Assembly (NCBI RefSeq): GCF_004010195.1
Contig: NC_057718.1
Coordinates: 28,627,071-28,671,653, forward strand
Source: Chiloscyllium plagiosum
Taxonomy: Eukaryota
Length of the DNA stretch: 44,583 bases
Direction of reading: 5' to 3'
Shown: positions 40,401 to 44,583 of the stretch, piece after piece
Layout: every line of letters begins with the position of its first letter
Numbering within the stretch: position 1 is the first letter of the stretch
Position numbers and translations under genes: made by a program
Notes under the pieces: generated by a model
What the model was told of the DNA's origin: nothing
The model's database searches: none
The model's input: only the letters and a program-made list of their open reading frames with translations

Positions 40401-42537
40401 CTTCCAAATAAACCTGTTGAAATATAACCTGGTGTTGTGTGACCTTTAACAATGTAATAGTGAGAGTGGTAGATCGTGAGGCTTGGTGGGAGCAGGGTGT
40501 GGTAGCAGAGGTAGAGTACAAGGTAGCAGACAGCAGATACTAGGTACTTACCCCAGATGAATGTGAGAATCCTACACAACTGGGCATTCCTCCAGGTGGC
40601 TGAGACCTGACTGACCCAGTTGACAACTTCGAATCAGGCTGGCACAGTCCAGTGTCATGGTCATTTCTAACATTCCTGGGGAAAAGAGGACAGCCTTCCC
40701 CTGTACTAACCCATGCACAAGGACCTTCAGGTGCCTGTCCACAAAGTGTAATGGTCGAATTCCTCTTCTCCTCCATGTCTGGGGTAGTGTCTGAACTCAT
40801 TGTCAGATGAACAATGCTTTCAACAGGGTTCCATCAACAGGGATGCTAGTCCAACCTGGGATATCAGGCAGGGCCAAATTCTTCTGGCCATGGTGAGTGG
40901 TAGAATGAGACTATTAACGATGAGAGGGGTGTCTTGGGGTCAGGTAGATGGTTAATGAAGTAAGTTAGGATGAGAGTGTGAATAAACTGGCAAGGTCTCA
41001 TGCAGAGAAACCCTCCATGAAGCTTGACAAAATTGACCCTTCACAAAAACATCATAAGATTCAGCCCATCAAATGTGAACTTGTTTGCTAATTTTGTTGT
41101 TTCCTAAATCCTGTATGACATCAGCTAAAGTAGCTTACAAGCTGCATTTTCCTCTATAAAATCACTATATGTAATAATTTTGGCCACTGGAAGCCCTCCT
41201 ACCTTAGAGTTAATCGGGGAGAGACAGGGAAGCAACAGGTTCCCCATCCTGTATCCCTCCACTTGATCCATTGGCGCCCCCATGCCTCAGAACTTACCCT
41301 TTCAATGGGCTTTAAGTTTCACCCAGTGTATCAGATGTTTATGTCTCACTAAGGATATCCTCAGTACAATCTGGTACATCTTACAGCCCCAACCCCAGTT
41401 TCTGAGCAGCAAAGACAGCATTACCAGTTGTTCTGAAGAGACTGTCATCTCCGAACCTTTATATACCTGGCTCCTTTTAGGCTGGAGCAGGAGATATTTG
41501 CAATTATCTCCCAGTTTTTCATTGCATAAGGAGACTCTCTGATGCTCTGTATTCCAAGAGAGATTAATATATTTCATTCTCTTGAGCCAGATGGAAGCAG
41601 GTAAAGTGAGCAATGATTCTGTGAGAATTTCAGGATTCCTTATAGTTCAGGGTCTCATTTTGTGGATGCTGCATTTCAACCCTCAGAAATGTACTGCAGC
41701 TGAAAGGGTTTGTGTTCCACCAACATTCAGCTGATGTCCAACCACACGCAGCCTAACACTCAGGTCAATGCCCTGGCAGTAGTCATGATGCCTTCATTCT
41801 GTGGCAGCTCTTTGTACTATCTGCAGCTTAACCGTGATGACAAACCAAAGGCTGATGATTCCACTGCATATATGTGGGAAACACACATATAACAAAATCC
41901 ATGCTGCTGTGCAGGAGGAGGTAGAGAAGATTACTGAGATTAAACAATATGTTTGTTGCCTGGACCATTCTGTGAGTTTACTTTACAGCAATCACCTCTA
42001 AACCAAACTCTGTGAAAAGGCCTGTACCGAGATGGTGTTGGACTCCTCTATATTCTGTGACATTTACCACAGATGTTTTGACAGGCCTGCCAACAAACAG
42101 ACACTGTGATGCACACAGGTTTCAACCGTCTTTTAGACTGAGCCCTCTACTGCAGATCATATACATCCATGTTCTCTGGGAGGCTGATACCTGTGCTATC
42201 CTTGTCCGCTGCTCGGACTGCATGCCACTCATGTCTGCTTTCTCAACGTGTCCAGATTCCATCTGATTGGCATCCTCAAAATATTGACAGTGTCCATATC
42301 AGAGTTTGTGGCTGCAAGTGTGACAGTGAGAGATGGTGTCTCTTCTTCGATTAGATTGTTGCATGTTTACATTTAATTTTGTGGCTGTATCACCTTAGAA
42401 TTATTTTCTGTTTACAGATATTGATGAATGCAAGAACATGTCCTTCTGTCCTAGTGCAAAATATGAATGTTTCAATATTTTTGGTGCTGCTCGATGTGCT
42501 TGTAGATATCACAGTGAAGATGGCGCTGCAACTTGTG
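2..42537 (+). CDS. Multi-exon gene, incomplete at both ends: cbEGF-array/NIDO/AMOP/VWD/EGF extracellular protein (MUC4-like). Join 2-1481, 6041-6174, 8189-8356, 11610-11786, 12953-13547, 16634-16744, 17572-17780(or 17792), 17910-17997(or 17985), 20228-20515, 24623-24868, 25889-26041, 29023-29201, 32876-33068, 38780-38899, 42418-42537
   Basis: All internal exons have AG acceptors and GT donors with compatible phases (1,0,0,0,1,1,0,1,1,1,1,0,1,1,1) and no stop codons. The translation is collinear with the MUC4 ectodomain as I recall it (FSDNG, FWDDAD, LKVTW, NTFQ..TDG, SCPC, WCC, TFDG..Y.F.GLG, RTLGLLG.W, TGLLTWTP, PCFP). Orthology not established. Confidence 0.9.
2420..2512 (-). mobile_element. 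Decayed tRNA-derived SINE head
   Basis: Reverse strand shows an A-box-like TTGCACAGTGG and a B-box-like GGTTCAGATCC at tRNA-like spacing. Confidence 0.45.
3102..3424 (+). mobile_element. HE1-like V-SINE
   Basis: GGTGGCTCAGTGGTTAGCACTGCTGCCTCAC head, V-domain (TGTCTGAGTGGGTTTC..GGGTGCTCTGG..CCCACTGTCCAAAGATG), tail GGATTCTATGATTCT. Confidence 0.85.
3643..3976 (+). mobile_element. HE1-like V-SINE
   Basis: A box GTGGCTCAGTGG, B box GGTTCGATTCC, V-domain TCTGCGTGGGTTTCC...GTCCAAAGATGTGCAGGTTAGG. Confidence 0.9.
4314..4610 (-). mobile_element. CR1-like LINE 3' fragment
   Basis: Translation RGHAFKVRGGKFKGDTRGKHFTQRVVGFWNAL..EVVEAGT (CR1 ORF2 C-terminus); short repeat tail (TTCTTTG). Confidence 0.85.
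5545..5633 (-). mobile_element. Truncated Penelope-like terminal-repeat fragment ending inside a hammerhead-like motif
   Basis: Similar to 30082-30170 and 36685-36770; reverse strand reads ATGAAGGGCTTAAGTCCAAAACGTTGA. Confidence 0.6.
6041..6174 (+). CDS. Exon: start of NIDO region (ESVLYLHGEPVGDLKVSASGADVNSPFIVPPMGFPFLGSIWDRIY)
   Basis: Acceptor ttccacag|, donor TAT|gtaagt; LY.yG...GD and GFPF.G motifs typical of the NIDO N-terminal region. Confidence 0.9.
7861..8082. mobile_element. Short fold-back Penelope-derived element with hammerhead-like motifs
   Basis: Inverted arms centred near 7949; flanking direct repeat ATCAATCAGA at 7851-7860 and 8083-8092. Confidence 0.75.
7950..7985 (+). ncRNA. 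Minimal hammerhead ribozyme-like motif (slightly decayed)
   Basis: GTT-CTGAAGA-AGGATC/ACTG/GACCT-GAAA-TGTT-AAC: stem I GTT/AAC, CUGANGA core, stem II, GAAA, minimal stem III. Confidence 0.6.
8189..8356 (+). CDS. Exon: NIDO region (FSDNGLIQF...YPNPF...MLAVFWDDADLTFGNGKLLYQ)
   Basis: Acceptor tactttag|, donor CAG|gtttgt; 56 codons; FWDDAD motif. Confidence 0.92.
9300..10050 (+). mobile_element. Decayed CR1-like LINE reverse transcriptase fragment
   Basis: Remnants of VTSG.P.GSVLGP, KF.DD, KWQMKYNV.KCE, LYKALVR and TRG..L motifs with stops and frameshifts; boundaries approximate. Confidence 0.75.
11610..11786 (+). CDS. Exon: NIDO (VYNDSKKDIY...FVPRWILKVTWDHISPVSFQKKNLSE)
   Basis: Acceptor ttatttcag|, donor GAG|gtaagt; 59 codons; W.LKVTW motif. 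Confidence 0.92.
11855..12143 (+). repeat. Direct repeat of about 60 nt (11855-11920 and 12084-12143) flanking the SINE fragment
   Basis: Copies are identical apart from a 6-nt indel. Confidence 0.9.
11921..12083 (-). mobile_element. Internal fragment of a young HE1-like V-SINE
   Basis: Reverse complement of the V-domain (CTGCACATCTTTGGACTGTGGGAGGAAACCGGAGCACCCGGAGGAAACCCACGCA); CpGs retained. Confidence 0.85.
12953..13547 (+). CDS. Exon: NIDO C-terminal part plus AMOP N-terminal part (TNTFQCILTTDG...YRPDQVIGNTGLRGQWAYRLD...CWHWY...SCPC...QAKEDNRF)
   Basis: Acceptor tttacag|, donor ATAA|gtgagt, phase 1; overlaps ORF 12974..13582. Confidence 0.92.
14945..15737 (+). mobile_element. 5'-truncated, internally deleted Penelope-like retroelement with inverted terminal repeat
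   Basis: ORF piece VYRKGTHTDQVLNYESNHP..HKRSCIKTLF.RA...NGYP...LPY...KP (PLE RT thumb/linker) and a REFLEAWH tail; inverted arms 15008-15077 and 15669-15735; direct repeat TTCTTTAATGTG at 14933-14944 and 15738-15749. Confidence 0.88.
16634..16744 (+). CDS. Exon: AMOP C-terminus (GDLEPFEWCCTKSSLCNLYYAKRPIDKCENY)
   Basis: Acceptor ttaacag|, donor TTAG|gtaagc; P..WCC...LC.LY...RP...C..Y AMOP signature. Confidence 0.92.
   Translation, partial: KEIWNLLNGVAQNLPYAICIMRNGLLISVRIILHWV
17572..17780 (+). CDS. Exon: VWD start (GQVYGTLHMKTFDGVDYIFHGLGEYVIV...LQG...AFVKFAAFY); alternative in-frame end at 17792
   Basis: Acceptor attattaag|; two in-frame donors, ATG|gtaagg and AAA|gtaagt; TFDG..Y.F.GLGEY VWD motif. 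Confidence 0.88.
17910..17997 (+). CDS. Exon: VWD middle (VEWGCSKSGKELSVTVNDKDIRLHK[GEDL]); alternative in-frame end at 17985
   Basis: Acceptor tttcaatcag|; donors AAG|gtgaag or TAG|gtgaga, both phase 1; needed to connect the phase-0 and phase-1 neighbours. Confidence 0.8.
18585..18850 (-). mobile_element. CR1-like LINE 3' fragment
   Basis: Reverse strand encodes KTEMRGNFISQR..N-like text, with CR1 3'UTR similarity; boundaries approximate. Confidence 0.65.
18900..19320 (+). mobile_element. CR1-like LINE 3' fragment
   Basis: Ends with GATCTCATTGAATG..GGAACAGGCTTGAGGGGCTGAATGGCTTACTCCTGTTCCT, typical of these CR1 3' ends; boundaries approximate. Confidence 0.7.
20228..20515 (+). CDS. Exon: VWD C-terminus (…LPHSFYNRTLGLLGLWSSTSADDLLFPNG…EAEIYKFQQS)
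   Basis: Strong polypyrimidine acceptor ttttttttcacag|, donor T|gtaggt; T.GLLG.W....DD...PNG motif; split codon gives the conserved W. Confidence 0.92.
22337..22500 (-). mobile_element. HER1/CR1-like 3' end
   Basis: CATAGAGTCATA tail; similar to copies at 25296, 37552 and 42645. Confidence 0.7.
24280..24500 (-). mobile_element. Decayed CR1-like 3' end
   Basis: Similar to the reverse-strand CR1 tail at 44253 (ATAGGA.CAGA.GTAG.CCA.T.GG...AAGATCATGGCTG). Confidence 0.6.
24623..24868 (+). CDS. Exon: post-VWD region (WQVPPPESLF...CSGNAACIHDILVTNDTNIGLQT...)
   Basis: Acceptor catttcag|, donor TTTG|gtaagt; C.G...C..D...T....IG..T motif shared with MUC4/SUSD2. Confidence 0.9.
25296..25803 (-). mobile_element. 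HER1/CR1-like LINE 3' fragment
   Basis: FTRML.GLEDLSYRERLN.L.L.SLE.RR.RGDLIEVYKIMRG and NFFTQRVVRVWNELP.EVVEAGT translations. Confidence 0.92.
25889..26041 (+). CDS. Exon: cadherin/Ig-like module first half (NMPPTFIGPLLIRVKVNTTTRVQFTAKDLNKDKINFALVPPTPQGATINP)
   Basis: Acceptor atttttag|, donor CCAG|gttggt; 153 nt, phase 1-1. Confidence 0.88.
27170..27700 (+). mobile_element. Decayed L2-like LINE reverse transcriptase fragment
   Basis: F.LYML.LGSIIQTHGVRFHMHAD resembles the L2 motif leading into YADD; boundaries approximate. Confidence 0.6.
28313..28348. repeat. Imperfect (CT)n microsatellite
   Basis: ctctctctttctctctctctctccctctcactctc. Confidence 0.8.
29023..29201 (+). CDS. Exon: ATGLLTWTP...PTVQMCNCMDGGECDY...KLQ (end of Ig-like module, start of EGF-like module)
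   Basis: Acceptor atag| (in-frame alternative ccacag| gives start 29029), donor CAG|gttagt. Confidence 0.88.
29600..29695 (+). mobile_element. Decayed half-copy of the 7861-8082 element family
   Basis: AAAACATTAACTCTGTATCTCTCTCC...CAGACCTGCTG..CTCCAG matches 7976-8030. Confidence 0.55.
30082..32688 (-). mobile_element. Penelope-like retroelement (RT plus GIY-YIG), frameshifted, with an inverted copy of its 3' terminal repeat at the 5' end
   Basis: Minus-strand pieces KPADKGG, MDIQSLY, MGPSYACLF, RYIDD, LPFLDL, YYKPTDSH..LDYASSHP and NVIYYIHCTRCGLLYIGETG..FREH. Inverted repeat about 30082-30420 versus 32303-32655. Decayed flanking direct repeat 30068-30081 and 32689-32702 (11/14). Confidence 0.93.
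32876..33068 (+). CDS. Exon: EGF-like modules (IVGCICSELFSGEFC...DHCKGQPCFPELKC...CGTCP...GYKC)
   Basis: Acceptor ttcatttcag|, donor CATG|gtgaga; PCFP...C..CP motif as in MUC4 EGF region. Confidence 0.92.
33467..33535 (-). mobile_element. 3' tail of HE1/HER1-type retroposon with (TTAGA)n
   Basis: (ttaga)4 followed by ggaaacaggccctttggcccaacaagtccacac. Confidence 0.65.
34490..35480 (+). mobile_element. Decayed CR1-like LINE 3' part, interrupted by a DNA transposon
   Basis: Y..QFW...FRKDV.TL.RVQK motif upstream of the insertion and ATCTGGAATACACTGCCTGA..GTGGAGACAG downstream. Confidence 0.7.
34931..35260. mobile_element. Tigger/pogo-like non-autonomous DNA transposon (MITE)
   Basis: TA on both flanks; imperfect terminal inverted repeats CA.GT...ATCCTTTATCTGAAAT / ATTTCGGATATAGGAGTATCTG; subterminal TTCGGA repeats resembling Tigger4/MER46-type ends. 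Confidence 0.7.
35905..36195 (+). mobile_element. L2/CR1-group LINE 3' end; a second, more decayed copy lies at about 34305-34485
   Basis: Shared ACTGCAAGTTCCCC..CAAG.CAC...CCATCCT..., CCTGGAATTC and GGACTGCAG.AGTTCAAGA blocks in both copies. Confidence 0.65.
36679..36840. mobile_element. Short fold-back element made of Penelope terminal-repeat sequence, with a hammerhead motif in the loop
   Basis: Inverted arms about 36689-36740 and 36783-36834; flanking direct repeat TACAAATTAC at 36669-36678 and 36841-36850; same family as the ends of 30082-32688. Confidence 0.8.
36741..36772 (-). ncRNA. Minimal hammerhead ribozyme-like motif with one core substitution
   Basis: Reverse strand reads CTGTTGA-A-GGGC/TTAT/GCCC-GAAACGTC; the core is CUGUUGA instead of CUGAUGA. 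Confidence 0.6.
37552..38162 (-). mobile_element. HER1/CR1-like LINE 3' fragment spanning an assembly gap
   Basis: WAEKWQMEFNSDKCE.LHFG...KAFG.L.FIGQSIEYR and GNFFTQRVV..WNELPEEVVEAGT on either side of the N run. Confidence 0.92.
37800..37903. other. Assembly gap (104 N)
   Basis: Run of N. Confidence 1.
38780..38899 (+). CDS. Exon: EGF module (DECLPPFPFPCHELANCISTGHSHHCQCKEGFMGDGVNCT)
   Basis: 120 nt phase 1-1 exon, acceptor tcttttcag|, donor ACAG|gtaagc, six Cys. Confidence 0.93.
40266..40452. mobile_element. Short fold-back element with near-perfect 60-bp arms and a hammerhead motif
   Basis: Arms 40304-40363 and 40391-40450 match 59/60; flanking direct repeat TGTAATAGTGA at 40255-40265 and 40453-40463. 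Confidence 0.85.
40366..40400 (+). ncRNA. Minimal hammerhead ribozyme candidate with intact core
   Basis: TAT-CTGATGA-A-GGAGC/AGA/GCTCC-GAAA-GCTT-GTA: stem I, CUGAUGA, 5-bp stem II, GAAA, palindromic AGCT stem III, CUU triplet. Confidence 0.72.
42418..42537 (+). CDS. Exon: cbEGF module (DIDECKNMSFCPSAKYECFNIFGAARCACRYHSEDGAATC)
   Basis: 120 nt phase 1-1 exon, acceptor tgtttacag|, donor TGTG|gtgggt, six Cys. Confidence 0.88.
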
Positions 42538-42644
42538 GTGGGTGTGAAGAAATAGTAAATCAATGCAATGAATCTCATAAGGTGTCATGAAACTATTCAT
42601 GTTTTATTCAATAAAGTACAATTTTGCTTCTCTTAATAAATTGC

Positions 42645-43093
42645 AGAGTCATAGAGATGTACGGCACGGAAACAAACCCTTCAGTTCAACTTGTCCATGC
42701 TGACCAGATATCCTAACCTAATCTAATCCCATTTACCAGCATTTGGCCCAAATCTCTCTAAACCCTTCCTGTTCATATACCCATCCAGATGCCTTTTAAA
42801 TGTTGTAATTGTACCAGCTTCCACCACTTCCTCTGGTAGCTCATTCCATACATGCACCCAGCCTCTGTGTGAAAAAGTTGCCCCTTAAGTCCTTTTTATA
42901 TTTTCCCCTCTTACCCTAAACATACGCCCTCTAGTTCTGGTCTCCCCCACCCCAGGGAAAAGTCATGTCAACTTATCCTATCCATGCCCCTCATGATTTT
43001 ATAAAACTCTATAAGGTCACCCCTCAGCCTCCGACGCTCCAGGGAAAACAGCTCCAGCCTATTCAGCCTCTCCCTGTAGTTCAAACCCTCCAT
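42645..43093 (-). mobile_element. HER1/CR1-like LINE 3' fragment
   Basis: Collinear and highly similar to 25296-25803 and 37552-37799. Confidence 0.92.
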
Positions 43094-44252
43094 CCTGGCA
43101 ACATCCTTGTAAATCTTTTCTGAACCCTTTCAAAGAGGTTTCTATACCTTGGAGATTAGACGAGCTTCTGTCATTGCTTACAAAAAATTAAAAAGCTTGA
43201 ACATAAAGCATGAATAAAAGCCTTTGTTCCAGGGCTTTACTGACTGTATAGTCTACTCCATGATGGTCTCTATCTTGCTTACGTAACATTGTGAGTGTAA
43301 GTTCTAAATATGCACTCCCTGGTCCACGGAAATAAGAAAAACAAATTTCAGGTTATCAACCATGTATGGCATCTTTATCATTCAGTCCATGAACTTTACA
43401 AATATTACAGACTCAAGAAATAAGAACAAAAGTTAAAAATTAAGAATAATTAGCCTTTGGACCCTATTCAATTAGATTGTGAATGACGAAGCAAAAATCT
43501 AGCGACATCAGTTTTAAAATTTTCAGTTGATTTAAAATTAAAATTTAGATTATTTATAATTATTATATATTACAATACTATAGACACTGAATAATTACCT
43601 GAACAATGAGCTCTTTGATGTGTTTGAAATGATAAAATGCCAGGTCACAACATCTGATTCTCTTTCTAATTTTTTAAGAACTACACTGCAAATTCAAGAG
43701 GAAATAGTTTGTGAAGGTTAGGAGTTAAGAAGACCAATGAGTATCCACCAATGAGTGGCAATACAAGTAATTGAAGTCAGGTTTACTAACAAAAAAATGG
43801 CAGTATAATGCAAGATGTTGTGTGTTGTATGGAAGTAAGCATACAGAATAACATGGAGAAAAGATAGGAAGAAAGTAGAACCAGTCATGGAACGATCTAC
43901 AGGTGTAGATAGACCCAGTAGTTAGACCCAGTGAATCCACAACAGGTGATAAAATGGAATTGGGACAAAGAGTAACAAAGTTCAATTGGTTAAACTTCAG
44001 TAAACTCCCATTTACACTCAGAGGTCCCACTTCAGTTGATGGATTTTGCACATTAGCTTGCTTTAACATGTAAAAGTTAAACATTTTGCACAAAGCAAAT
44101 AGAAAATCTAGAAATAAAATATAAATCGGCTTATTAAAACTTTCAGGAAATAATAGGTAGAGCTGTGAAGTTCAGTGACAAAACTACTGGTAAAGAAAGA
44201 AAATCAGAATCATGCTAATGAAAATAGAATTTGACCTATCAGCCCTAATGAT

Positions 44253-44583
44253 TAGACCATAAGACATAGGAGCAGAAGTAAGGCCATTCGGCCCATCGAG
44301 TCCACTCGCCATTCAATCATGGCTGATGGGCATTTCAACTCCACTTACCCGCATTCACCCCGTAGCCCTTAATTGCTTGTGACATCAAGAATTTATCAAT
44401 TTCTGCCTTGAAGACATTTAGCGTCCCAGCCTCCACTGCACTCTGTGGCAATGAATTGCACAGGCCCACCACTCTCTGGCTGAAGAAATGTCTCCGCATT
44501 TCTGTTCTGAATTTACCCCCTCTAATTCTAAAGCTGTGTCCACGGGTCCTAGTCTCCTTGCCTAACGGAAACAATTTCCGAGC
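44253..44583 (-). mobile_element. CR1-like LINE 3' end (continues beyond the window)
   Basis: TRTRGHSFRIRGGKFRTEMRRHFFSQRVVGL.NSLPQSAVEAG translation and CR1 3'UTR. Confidence 0.9.

Noticed and set aside
1..44583. CRISPR arrays, operons or other prokaryotic systems
   Set aside because: Spliceosomal exon-intron structure and vertebrate retroposons throughout; no repeat-spacer array seen.

Overview
Vertebrate genomic DNA, most likely a shark (inferred from HE1-like V-SINEs and HER1/CR1-like LINEs). The window holds the interior of one + strand spliced gene, with start and end outside the window. I could join 15 GT-AG exons in consistent phase into about 1,420 codons with no stop. The product is a MUC4/SUSD2-type extracellular protein: a giant single exon of tandem calcium-binding EGF modules, then NIDO, AMOP, VWD, a cadherin/Ig-like module and further EGF modules. 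The canonical GDPH autocleavage motif at the start of the VWD domain reads GTLH. The introns are dense with repeats: CR1 and L2 LINE fragments, V-SINEs, a Tigger-like MITE and two decayed Penelope-like retroelements. There are also several short (160-220 nt) fold-back elements flanked by 10-11 bp direct repeats that carry minimal hammerhead-ribozyme motifs; the one at 40366-40400 has an apparently intact core. A 104-N assembly gap lies at 37800-37903. All calls come from reading the sequence by eye; no database searches were run.
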